A stretch of DNA of 64,000 nt from Nitrosopumilus sp. (lineage in GTDB: Archaea; Thermoproteota; Nitrososphaeria; Nitrososphaerales; Nitrosopumilaceae), in NCBI GenBank assembly GCA_965205215.1, contig OZ242041.1, positions 288,001 to 352,000 on the forward strand. Direction: 5' to 3'. This document shows positions 55,117-64,000 of the stretch, in pieces. The notes under the pieces are model-generated. The model was not told the DNA's origin, did no database searches, and saw only the letters and a program-made list of their open reading frames with translations. Within the stretch, counting starts at the first letter, position 1. Every line of letters starts with the position of its first letter. Both the position numbers and the translations under genes were made by a program.

Positions 55117-57939
55117 ATGGAGAACAGAATACAACCCTCAGAGGAGCAGCAACGGATAATCAAGTCCAAGGGCAACGTCATCGTGGTGTCCAACCCCGGA
55201 ACCGGAAAGACCACCACGCTGGCGCTCAAGGTAGTGCATCTGCTGGAGGAGGGAGTCGACCCAGACGACATCGTGTGCATTACGTTCACCAAAAAGGCAA
55301 AGAAAGAGATGTACGACGCGATCAACAGGCAGGGCAGTGACAAGTTTCCTGCCCAAGTGAAAAAAGTTCACATACACACGTTCCACAGCTTCGCCTACGA
55401 GCGCCTCGTTGACTCGGGCCAGATCGACGAGATGGCAGTAGACGAGAACCGCATAAGATACTCGGTATACAAGAGCTTCAAGGACAACGAGGCGTTCAAT
55501 TATAGCAAAAAGTACGTAATAGACGAGATCGTGCCGGCCGCCACGAATGCCATCCAGTACATCAAGAGCTTCGGGGTGACGCCTGACAGGATAAGCATCC
55601 CGGAGGTGTCGGTTCTGCTGGAGCAGGTTCACAAGGACCACATCGAAAAAAGCTCATACACGATGGAGGAGATGCAGGCGTTCCTGAAGTACTTCACTGC
55701 CGCATACAGGGACTACGAGGAGTCAAAGCGGGACGCGATAGACTATGCCGACATGCTGATCAAGTTCCTTGAAAGGTTCGACGGGCCCCTGTTCAAGCAC
55801 GCGCTGATCGACGAGATGCAGGACATGAACAAGATGGAGGCCGATATTGCAAGTCGGGTGGCGGAGAACATATTCCTCGTGGGCGACGAAAAGCAGGCCA
55901 TATTCGGGTTTCAGGGGGGCTCGACAAAATACCTAAAGGACTTTCAGGAGACGTACACAAAGCTGCCGCTCTCGACCAACAGGCGCAGCACTAACCAGAT
56001 CCTGGACTATGCAAAGCGGTACTACCTTGACAAGGCGGGCCCCGACGAGGAGTCCAAGAAGTACTTGGAGGCGTTCAGATCCGACAAGTCGGGGGAGATG
56101 CCACTGGTAATCTCAACCGGGGCTCCTCATTTGAACATGCTGAGGCTGATAAGGGAGAACCCCGGAAAAAAGATAGGGATACTGACGAGGAGTAACTACC
56201 AGATCGTACGGATCTCCGAATTTCTGGATGCGGAGAAGGTGCCGCACAGGACCACCGCGTCAAAGATCACCGCCGACAGGGCAAAGGAGCACATCGTCGA
56301 CTTTCTTGAGGGGATGCTGTACGACGACATGAAACACAAGATTCAGGCGGCTCTCACCGTCCTGTCCCCGTATCCGCTCGACGAGGCCCTCGAGCTGGCC
56401 GAAACCCTAGATGCGGGCGGGGGGGAGAGGGAGGGTGGCCCCGGCCTTGAAAAGCTGAAGAAGTGGGGGTGCGGGATGACGGCCGACGAGCTGGACGAAC
56501 TCTTTGACAATACCATACTTCCCATATGCGTGGCGCACGGCCCCGAGTGGTTCTTCACTGCGGGTTCGATAAAACAGAACATCGACCAGTACCTAACGTT
56601 TGACTTCCCCACACGCGAGGGATTATTCGAATACCTTACCGTAGGCGCGGAGCCGGGAGCCGGCGCAGTGGGTAAGAAGGGGGACGGCGACGGGGGCGGC
56701 GAGACTGACGGGGGCGGGAGAACGGTGGGAGAGGACATAACGGTCAGCACAGTCCACAAGGCAAAGGGCCAAGAGTATGACGTGGTGATATACCTGCCAA
56801 GAGAGATCAGGGGCAGCAAGACAAAGTTCATCGACGTAGTAAAGACGGCCATACTACAGTCCGTGGGAATCGACGTCAGCGGCGAGATAGAGGGGGAGCA
56901 GGCCAGGCTCCATTTTGTCGCGTTCACAAGGGCAAGGGAGAGACTTGCGGTCATAACGAGCGGCGGGGAGGACTTTGGCATAAAGGGCCTGTGCAATCTG
57001 GTGGAGGATGAATCGACAGAGGAGGAAGAGGCAGGCCCGACGGTGGCAGAAAAAGAGCAGGCAAGATACAGGGAGGCGTACTCTATGTTCGTGGCAGGCA
57101 GGCTGGAGGAGTCGATGAGCCTGCTTGGCCGGGACAGCCGGGACGGCTGGATAGAGAAACGGATTGCGGACTATTTTGAGGGCCTAGGGCGCCTCTCATA
57201 CTCTGGAATCTCGGCCAAGCCGTCGGAGTTTCTGAAAAACATATTCAGGACACCGCGCGCCGAGAACGAAAACACGAGATTCGGCAGGGACTTCCACAGG
57301 GCCATGTACAACGTACTCAGCGGCAAGCAGGATGCGGAGGGCGCGGCCAAGGATTACGGCGCGGACGGAGGAGATGCGGACGGAAGGATGAAGAAGTCCA
57401 TACAGAACGCGCTGGACGCAATAGAGAGGCTTGGATCCGAATACCGGAACCTCGAGGTGCATGCGCTTGAGAAAAAGATGGAGGTGCCCGTCAGCGACAT
57501 GACCAGTCATGGCGGGGACGGAATGGTGTTCAGTGGCCAGATCGACGCCATGCTCAGGCACGATTCCGGATACCTCGTCGTAGACTACAAGACGGACAGG
57601 ACGGCAACGCGTGCCAGCGACCACCGCAAGCAGCTGGCCGCATACAAGAGGATACTGTCTAGCGCGGAGGGCATACCGGAAGACGAGATTGACACACACA
57701 TCATATTTGCCTCCATGACTGGCAGCATCAACACGGGCAAGAACGACTACGAGGTATCCAAGACAAAGCGGGACGCCTACCCCAGGTTTGAAAAGGACCT
57801 GCAGAAGGTGCTCGAGTGGAAGCATGGCAGCGGCAGGTTCGTAGACGATCTGCTAGAGGAAGACGCGGACATGGACAGCCCCTACGATGCAATCATGGAG
57901 AGTCTGAGGAGGTCAAGAGCAGGCCGGACGAAATCATGA
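55117..57939 (+). CDS. UvrD/SF1 helicase fused to C-terminal RecB-type PD-(D/E)XK nuclease
   Basis: NPGTGKT, ITFTKKA, DEMQD, VGDEKQAIFGFQG, TVHKAKGQEYD and VAFTRARE motifs. Nuclease motifs FGRDFH, SGQIDA...VVDYKT and QLAAY. Confidence 0.92.
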   Translation: MENRIQPSEEQQRIIKSKGNVIVVSNPGTGKTTTLALKVVHLLEEGVDPDDIVCITFTKKAKKEMYDAINRQGSDKFPAQVKKVHIHTFHSFAYERLVDSGQIDEMAVDENRIRYSVYKSFKDNEAFNYSKKYVIDEIVPAATNAIQYIKSFGVTPDRISIPEVSVLLEQVHKDHIEKSSYTMEEMQAFLKYFTAAYRDYEESKRDAIDYADMLIKFLERFDGPLFKHALIDEMQDMNKMEADIASRVAENIFLVGDEKQAIFGFQGGSTKYLKDFQETYTKLPLSTNRRSTNQILDYAKRYYLDKAGPDEESKKYLEAFRSDKSGEMPLVISTGAPHLNMLRLIRENPGKKIGILTRSNYQIVRISEFLDAEKVPHRTTASKITADRAKEHIVDFLEGMLYDDMKHKIQAALTVLSPYPLDEALELAETLDAGGGEREGGPGLEKLKKWGCGMTADELDELFDNTILPICVAHGPEWFFTAGSIKQNIDQYLTFDFPTREGLFEYLTVGAEPGAGAVGKKGDGDGGGETDGGGRTVGEDITVSTVHKAKGQEYDVVIYLPREIRGSKTKFIDVVKTAILQSVGIDVSGEIEGEQARLHFVAFTRARERLAVITSGGEDFGIKGLCNLVEDESTEEEEAGPTVAEKEQARYREAYSMFVAGRLEESMSLLGRDSRDGWIEKRIADYFEGLGRLSYSGISAKPSEFLKNIFRTPRAENENTRFGRDFHRAMYNVLSGKQDAEGAAKDYGADGGDADGRMKKSIQNALDAIERLGSEYRNLEVHALEKKMEVPVSDMTSHGGDGMVFSGQIDAMLRHDSGYLVVDYKTDRTATRASDHRKQLAAYKRILSSAEGIPEDEIDTHIIFASMTGSINTGKNDYEVSKTKRDAYPRFEKDLQKVLEWKHGSGRFVDDLLEEDADMDSPYDAIMESLRRSRAGRTKS

Positions 57940-58000
57940 CCGACTGATGCGTGGCAGGCGGCGCCAAACTGCCGTCGTTTCTTCCACGATTGTCTCGTAA

Positions 58001-59032
58001 CTAGGGCAGATTGATGTCGCTGTGACTTGAATCAGAATCGTAACCGGACGTCGTAATACCGCCGGATTCTATCCTATATGAGAATTTTACGCCGTGGTCT
58101 CTGTCACCATCGCTTCCTTTGTGGTCGTGCGCCAGCCCATAATTGTCGGCATGGGCGCGGCCGTCGTTGCTGTCGTTGTAATTATCATCACGATTGTTGT
58201 GACGGGCGTCGCGGCTACCGCCCCCGTTACGGCACGGGGAGTCCAGCATGACGCATGATGCGTGTCCGTGAAGTACCTTGTCGGCTGCGCCTGCAGTGGC
58301 GGCAACGGCAGAATCCAACTCCTCCCTGGCCAGGCGTATCCGGACGTGCGCAAACATATCGACCTCGGCGGCCATGTTCTCCACCTCTGCATCGCCCGAT
58401 ATCCTCACGACGTTTGACGTCATTACGGTCACGCCATGATGCACGGCGAGCCGCGCAAGGCTCCGCATGTACCCAAAGAACAGCCTGTTGCGCTCGCGCA
58501 GGTTCCCGTACCTGCTGTATTCGTAGGAGAACAGATCAGTAAGGCTGTCAACTACGACGAGGTCAAACTCCGCGGCGGGCCCGTGCCGCGTCTGCTGCTG
58601 TAACAGCAGCCTTGCAACCACGCCCTCCTGCTCGGCCACGTTATGAACCCTGGCAACAGATATCATGCCGAGTATGGCCTCGCGACTGGCCGAGGCGCCC
58701 GCCATCTGGAGCACGCGCTCGGGCCGGAACGTGCCTGCCGTGTCCACGAACAGAACTCTCTTGCCGCACGCGGCAAACCTGGCCGCCGCCTGCATCATAA
58801 TCTGTGTCTTGCCCGTGCCGTGGCCGCCAAACACATCCACTATGATGCCCGGCGGGATGCCGCCGCCCAGCATGTCGTCGACTGCGGCGATGCCGATCGG
58901 GACGCGCCGCGCACTGCCTAGGGTGGCAGCGGCCGAGGCGCCGAGGCCGTAGTCGGGACCGGCCCCCCGCGGTGAACCTGCCTGCGCCGGAGCCGGCTCG
59001 GAACCCGCAAGCGAATCGGGCCGGCGCTCCAT
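58001..59032 (-). CDS. RadA/Rad51 paralog (RecA-superfamily ATPase)
   Basis: DDMLGGGIP, GGHGTGKTQ, FVDTAGTFRPER and VVDSL motifs. Lacks the RadA N-terminal HhH domain. Confidence 0.88.
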   Translation of the reverse strand: MERRPDSLAGSEPAPAQAGSPRGAGPDYGLGASAAATLGSARRVPIGIAAVDDMLGGGIPPGIIVDVFGGHGTGKTQIMMQAAARFAACGKRVLFVDTAGTFRPERVLQMAGASASREAILGMISVARVHNVAEQEGVVARLLLQQQTRHGPAAEFDLVVVDSLTDLFSYEYSRYGNLRERNRLFFGYMRSLARLAVHHGVTVMTSNVVRISGDAEVENMAAEVDMFAHVRIRLAREELDSAVAATAGAADKVLHGHASCVMLDSPCRNGGGSRDARHNNRDDNYNDSNDGRAHADNYGLAHDHKGSDGDRDHGVKFSYRIESGGITTSGYDSDSSHSDINLP

Positions 59033-59099
59033 GCGCAGACAGGCGCGGCGCAGCACATAAGGCTTTTATTCAAGACATCGATGCTCAGATCGATAGATA

Positions 59100-59345
59100 T
59101 TGTCCCAGACAAGCGCAGCAAAACGCCCCCTTACGGCCCTGCAGAAAAGCACCAAGAGGCGGGTCACGGTCCGGCTCAAGAACGAGGTCGAATACAAAGG
59201 AAAGATGAGCAACATCGACGCATACATGAACCTCATAATGACCGACGCAGAAGAGCGCCACGGCGGAAAGACGATAGCAAACTACGGCAGGGTCATCGTG
59301 AGAGGAAACAACGTTCTGTTCATAAAGATGGAAAACGAACTCTGA
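59100..59345 (+). CDS. Sm-like (Lsm) RNA-binding protein
   Basis: Sm1 motif (G....IDAYMNL) and Sm2 motif (IVRGNNV). Confidence 0.95.
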   Translation: MSQTSAAKRPLTALQKSTKRRVTVRLKNEVEYKGKMSNIDAYMNLIMTDAEERHGGKTIANYGRVIVRGNNVLFIKMENEL

Positions 59346-59397
59346 TTGTCATGATGACGATGATGATGATAGCGGCAGCAAGACGGGGCGCGGCGTG

Positions 59398-60573
59398 ATG
59401 TCCGACAACGAGAACTTTCTGTTTACATCCGAATCGGTAACCGAGGGGCATCCCGACAAGATATGCGACAACGTCTCCGACGCGTTTCTGGACGAGTACC
59501 TGAGGCAGGACCCCGACTCCCGGGTCGCGATAGAGACGCTCGTAACCACGGACTTTGTCATGGTGTCCGGGGAGGTCACGTCAAAGGCGGCCCTTGACGG
59601 GCCCGCGCAAGAGAGGCTGGCAAGGACGGTAATCAGGGAGATAGGATACGACGACCCGGCCCTAAAGTTCGACGCCGACACGTGCGAGGTGAGACTGATG
59701 CTCCACGCCCAAAGCCCCGATATCAGCCGCGGGGTGGACGAGAAGGAAGGGGGGGAGCAGGGCGCAGGCGACCAAGGAATAATGTTCGGATACGCCACAA
59801 ACGAGACGCCCGAGATGATGCCCATGCCCATCCTGCTCGCGCACAAGCTGACCAGTATGCTGTCCCAGGTCAGGAGGGGCGGCACGCTGCCGTGGGTCAG
59901 GCCCGACGGCAAGTCCCAGGTGTCCGTGAAATACGAGGGCGGCAAGCCCGCGGGGATAACGGCGGTGGTCATATCCACGCAGCACTCGCCTGACGTGAGC
60001 CAGCAGGACATCAGGGAGGGGATCATATCCAGCGTGATCAAGCCCGTCCTGGGAGGCCTGTGGAACGACGGCATCAGGGTGCACATCAACCCGACCGGCA
60101 GGTTTGAGATCGGCGGGCCGCACGGCGACACGGGCCTGACCGGGCGCAAGATTATAGTGGACACGTACGGTGGCTTTGGCAGGCACGGCGGCGGGGCGTT
60201 CTCCGGCAAGGACCCCTCAAAGGTCGACAGGTCGGCCTGCTACATGTGCAGATACATCGCAAAGAACGTCATAGCCGCCGGCATCGCGGACAGGTGCGAG
60301 GTGCAGCTGGCGTACGCGATAGGCGTGGCCGAGCCCGTGTCACTCTACGTCAACACGTTCGGAACCGGGAAGGTATCCGACGAGCGCATAACTGACATAA
60401 TAAGGGAGAACTTTGAGATGCGCCCGGCCGCCATAATATCGCAGCTGAACCTGAAGAGGCCCATATACAGGAAGACGGCCGCGTACGGCCACTTCGGCAG
60501 GGAGGACGAGCGCAAGTTCACGTGGGAGAAGACGGACAGGGCAGAGTCGCTAAGGAAGGCGGCCGGCCTCTAG
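59398..60573 (+). CDS. metK: Methionine adenosyltransferase (bacterial/eukaryotic type)
   Basis: [26 protein letters not shown] and TAAYGHFGR. Confidence 0.97.
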   Translation: MSDNENFLFTSESVTEGHPDKICDNVSDAFLDEYLRQDPDSRVAIETLVTTDFVMVSGEVTSKAALDGPAQERLARTVIREIGYDDPALKFDADTCEVRLMLHAQSPDISRGVDEKEGGEQGAGDQGIMFGYATNETPEMMPMPILLAHKLTSMLSQVRRGGTLPWVRPDGKSQVSVKYEGGKPAGITAVVISTQHSPDVSQQDIREGIISSVIKPVLGGLWNDGIRVHINPTGRFEIGGPHGDTGLTGRKIIVDTYGGFGRHGGGAFSGKDPSKVDRSACYMCRYIAKNVIAAGIADRCEVQLAYAIGVAEPVSLYVNTFGTGKVSDERITDIIRENFEMRPAAIISQLNLKRPIYRKTAAYGHFGREDERKFTWEKTDRAESLRKAAGL

Positions 60574-61452
60574 TATCGACACCACCGAACGCGGCGAGAT
60601 TCCGGTTGCGCGCACAAGCTTTCTGGGGTTTGTCGTGTACCCGCCGGTTATGATCCCAAGGTCGTCTACCCCGAACGCTGCGTTCTCCGGATCCTCGAGG
60701 GCCTGCGCGTAGGCCCGCTCCATCGTGATCGGATTCAGTGGGACTCGGCACGCGCGCGATACCATGCGCATGTAGTCGTAGAACGGGACGCGGTCGGGGC
60801 CCACCAGGTCAAGGGTCATGCGGGCGGGCGGCGCCTCTAGGGCGCCCCACAGGATTGCGGCCGCGGTGTCGTCGACGTGTATGGGCTGCATTCTGGCATA
60901 GCACTCGTAGACGTCGGCGGGCGCGGGCCTGATGCCGGTTCCCTTGGCGTGGGACATCACGTATGACGCAAGGTGGTCCCCGCGCCCCACGACATACGAG
61001 GGGCGGAATATCACATAGTCCAGGCCGGACCTGCCCACCGACGCCTCCGCGGCGTACTTGGATGCCAGGTACGCGATCGGCGAGCGCGCAGAGGCCCCCA
61101 GCCCGCTCACGTATACGATCCGCGGTATGCCGGCGTGCCTGCACAGGGACGCGGCAACGGACGCGGGGGTCGTTACGGAGTCTGAAAACGGCTCCGTGGC
61201 GGACTGGCGGCCCGAGCCCACCAGGTTTACCAGCGCGTCGGAGCCCCGTATGGCATCCACTGTGGCCCCCAGGCCCTCGTTGTCGCCCAGGCGCGGACCG
61301 CAGCCGACTGCGGCGTCGCCAGAATAGAATGCGCTCAGGTCGTCCCGGGACAGCGCGGCGATCTCCACGTCGTACAGCTCCGACGCGACGCGCCGCAGGT
61401 TCCGCCCGATGTAGCCGCCGGCGCCCATGATTGCGATCTTCCTTGCCGCCAT
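60550..61452 (-). CDS. NAD(P)-dependent epimerase/dehydratase (atypical SDR, NDUFA9-like)
   Basis: GAGGYIG, YLASK..AE, FRPS and QPIHVDD. Confidence 0.88.
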   Translation of the reverse strand: MAARKIAIMGAGGYIGRNLRRVASELYDVEIAALSRDDLSAFYSGDAAVGCGPRLGDNEGLGATVDAIRGSDALVNLVGSGRQSATEPFSDSVTTPASVAASLCRHAGIPRIVYVSGLGASARSPIAYLASKYAAEASVGRSGLDYVIFRPSYVVGRGDHLASYVMSHAKGTGIRPAPADVYECYARMQPIHVDDTAAAILWGALEAPPARMTLDLVGPDRVPFYDYMRMVSRACRVPLNPITMERAYAQALEDPENAAFGVDDLGIITGGYTTNPRKLVRATGISPRSVVSILEAGRLP

Positions 61453-61560
61453 GTGACGCGCGTGGCGCGCGTGCGAATTTTAAGAGTGCGGCGTGCCGCC
61501 AACGGCCGCCCCACACACATACGGTAAACAGAAAATAATACGTTCACGTAATGCTCACGT

Positions 61561-62721
61561 ATGAGCCAAGGGGGGGACGCCCAGAAGCAGAGGACCGGGT
61601 ACACCACAGGAAGCTGCGCCACGGCCGGTGCGAGGGCCGCCCTGAGGGCGGTAGTCACGGGGGACTGCTCGGCAGGCAGCATGGAGATCACCATACCTAG
61701 GGGCGACACGATCATCATCCCGATCAAGGAGTGCACGAGAGCCGGGGACGACCGCGCCAGATGTGTAATAACGAAGGACGGCGGGGACGACCCCGACGTG
61801 ACACACGGCGCGGACATCGTAGTGGACCTGCACGTGACCGGCAGGCCGGGCGAGATAGAGATCGACGGCGGCGAGGGCGTCGGTGTGGTGACAAAGCCCG
61901 GGCTGGGGCTGGAGATAGACAAGCCGGCGATAAACCCCGTTCCAAAGAGGATGATAGTCCAGAACCTCCGGGAGGAGGCCGCATCCCCGTTCTGGGATAG
62001 CCGCGGCATCAGGGCGGTCATATCGGTCCCCAAGGGCAGGGAACTTGCACCAAGGACCGACAATCCCAGGCTGGGCATAATAGGCGGCATATCCATACTG
62101 GGCACGAGCGGGATCGTAATACCGTTCTCGACGGCGTCGTACGCGGCCGCCATCAGGCAGAACTTGGACGTGGCGGCCGCCATGGGCGAGGACACCATCG
62201 TGCTGACGACCGGCGGAAGGAGCGAGGAGTTTGCAAGGAGCGTGATTGCGCGCGAAAATGACAGTGACGGTGCGGGCGCCAAACAAGAAGATCCTGTCCT
62301 GCCCGACCACTGCTTTGTGCAGATGGGGGACTTTGCGGGGTATTCCGTCCGCGAGTCCGCAAAGCGCTCCGCACACTTTCAAAAGGTGTACGTGGTGGGG
62401 TTCGTAGGCAAGCTCGCAAAGATGGCAACCGGAGTAAAACAGACGCACGTAAAGGGCTCCAAGGTGGACATGAAGTTCCTCGCGGGTCTGGCGGCGGGCG
62501 CGGGCGCGCCCGACGACGTCGTGCGCGCCATCACCAAGGCGAACACCGCAAGGCACGTCTCTGAAATCATATCGGGCGCGGAGTGCGCGCCCAAGTTCTT
62601 TGAGATGTTGTGCGCGGAGGTCCACAAGCACATGAAGAACCACGCGAAGAATGACGACATCTCAATCGGGGTCGTACTGTTTGGGTTCGACGGCAGTATC
62701 CTTGCAAGGGCCGGAGCGTAA
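61561..62721 (+). CDS. cbiD: Cobalt-precorrin-5B C1-methyltransferase
   Basis: RTGYTTGSCA, KDGGDDPDVTHG, AINPVP and NPRLGIIGGISILGTSGIV. Confidence 0.97.
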   Translation: MSQGGDAQKQRTGYTTGSCATAGARAALRAVVTGDCSAGSMEITIPRGDTIIIPIKECTRAGDDRARCVITKDGGDDPDVTHGADIVVDLHVTGRPGEIEIDGGEGVGVVTKPGLGLEIDKPAINPVPKRMIVQNLREEAASPFWDSRGIRAVISVPKGRELAPRTDNPRLGIIGGISILGTSGIVIPFSTASYAAAIRQNLDVAAAMGEDTIVLTTGGRSEEFARSVIARENDSDGAGAKQEDPVLPDHCFVQMGDFAGYSVRESAKRSAHFQKVYVVGFVGKLAKMATGVKQTHVKGSKVDMKFLAGLAAGAGAPDDVVRAITKANTARHVSEIISGAECAPKFFEMLCAEVHKHMKNHAKNDDISIGVVLFGFDGSILARAGA

Positions 62722-62883
62722 GTGACTGGTTTTTGAATCCGCAGCAGCCACACCCGGATTCAAAACGCGTCACCGGCCGCCTGTTGTTTTACAAGCGCGC
62801 ATCCAAACGGACACACCAGATGAAGTGCAGGACGCATCCTGCATGTTCGCAAATTATTAATTTTTGGGACGCGATGCCAGCGC

Positions 62884-64000
62884 GTGGGATACAGGCGGAA
62901 CGTCGGCAGGAACCGTTCGCATTACGGCCGAAACGGCAGTCGCCGTCGGGAGTCGCGCGGCAGAGGGAGCAGGGCCGGCGGCAGAAAGACTGCAATTGTC
63001 ATACTTGGAATCGCCGCTGCCGCCGCTGCCGCATTCCTGCTGCTTGCAGGACCGGCTTCATACGACGGAGGCGCCTGGCCGAATGCGGGCGCGGGGGATG
63101 ACGCGGAGGCGCCGGCGCATACGCCTGAGCCGCCGCCGTTCCCAGAACCTGCCATCACCACTGCAGAGGAGGCGGTGGAACAGGCAGGGGCAAAGCTCGA
63201 GCAGGCAGGCGCGGACCTGAGGGAATTCGCAGACTCCGGCACGCATGAAGCAGGATCAAAATACCAAGAACCGCCCTCCGAGGAGGAGCTCGCAGGGGCA
63301 AGGGCGTCCATGCTCGACATGATAAACGCCGAACGCGACAAGGCGGGGCTGGAGCCCGTTGCGCTGGGAAGCAACGGCGCGGCCCAGACCCATGCGGAGA
63401 ACATGCTTGCCGGCTGCAGCTCCTCACACTGGGGGCTTGACGGCCTCAAGCCGTACATGCGCCATACGCTGGCAGGAGGAGACCAGTACAATGCGGAGAA
63501 CATATTCGGATTGAACTACTGCGTGGACGAGTCCTACATGCTCGAGCCGCCCACCGCCACGGTACTGGATGCCATGAACGGGCTGATGCAGAGTCCGGGC
63601 CATCGGAACAACATCCTTGATCCGCACCACGCAACCGTAAACATAGGCATTGCAAGCGACTGGCGCAACGACATCGTAGTGCAGCACTTTGAGTACGAGG
63701 ACGTGCTGTCGTTTGAGGCAGAACCGGCAATTGACGAAAACGGTGTACTGTCGTTTGCAGCCGCAGTGACGGCCCAGGTCCAGTTCAGCGACAGCATGTC
63801 GCTTACGTATGATCCGGCCCCGCACAGCCTTACGCAGGGCCAGGTCGCGCGAACCTACTGTTACACCGACGGCACGTCGGTGTCCCTGATCGTCGCGCCT
63901 CCCGAGCCCGGCTGGAAGTACGACGGGTTTGGCACCACGTACAGCAGTAGCACGTGCCCGGATCCATACAAGATACCGCGTGACGTCCCAGCCCCAAAGT
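62884..64000 (+). CDS. Membrane-anchored CAP (SCP/PR-1) domain protein, runs off the window
   Basis: Manual translation from GTG 62884: basic N-terminus, TM helix VILGIAAAAAAAFLLLAG, then INAER...GL..V, AQTHAENM, SSHW, AENI and MQSPGHRNNIL CAP motifs. TATA-like AAATTATTAA upstream. Confidence 0.88.
   Translation, partial: MGYRRNVGRNRSHYGRNGSRRRESRGRGSRAGGRKTAIVILGIAAAAAAAFLLLAGPASYDGGAWPNAGAGDDAEAPAHTPEPPPFPEPAITTAEEAVEQAGAKLEQAGADLREFADSGTHEAGSKYQEPPSEEELAGARASMLDMINAERDKAGLEPVALGSNGAAQTHAENMLAGCSSSHWGLDGLKPYMRHTLAGGDQYNAENIFGLNYCVDESYMLEPPTATVLDAMNGLMQSPGHRNNILDPHHATVNIGIASDWRNDIVVQHFEYEDVLSFEAEPAIDENGVLSFAAAVTAQVQFSDSMSLTYDPAPHSLTQGQVARTYCYTDGTSVSLIVAPPEPGWKYDGFGTTYSSSTCPDPYKIPRDVPAPK

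Noticed and set aside
59398-60573. Bacterial-type MetK in an archaeon as a novelty
   Set aside because: To my knowledge this type is already known in Nitrososphaerota, and the gene has native codon usage in a core context.

Overview
This is a 64 kb chromosomal segment of a GC-rich ammonia-oxidising-type archaeon (Nitrososphaerota, Nitrosopumilaceae-like). The lineage is inferred from gatDE, cdc48, nurA-herA-mre11-rad50, Lsm, RPA, cbiD, dnaKJ-grpE and the thaumarchaeal-type urease cluster. The high GC and the secreted TPR/CAP/haloperoxidase-type accessory genes are compatible with a sponge-associated lineage, but that is inference. The core of the window is a ~29 kb nitrogen-scavenging region (11.6-40.8 kb). 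It holds a complete urease set (ureABC, ureEFGD), two DUR3-like urea transporters (one fused to a universal-stress domain) and a third SSS transporter. It also holds a translationally coupled ureohydrolase / divergent urease-gamma-like / Ni-permease operon, a divergent group II chaperonin with a His/Cys-rich tail, an Lrp regulator and an orphan ParB, with the DSB-repair operon embedded in the middle. Other notable items are a lower-GC secreted vanadium-haloperoxidase-like gene, an unannotated ~390-nt highly base-paired element bounded by 8-bp direct repeats (5126-5529), a standalone HEPN gene, a UvrD-nuclease fusion, one tRNA-Gln and pervasive low-complexity insertions in housekeeping proteins. 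I saw no CRISPR array, rRNA, transposase or integrase. All calls come from reading motifs by eye; no database searches were run.
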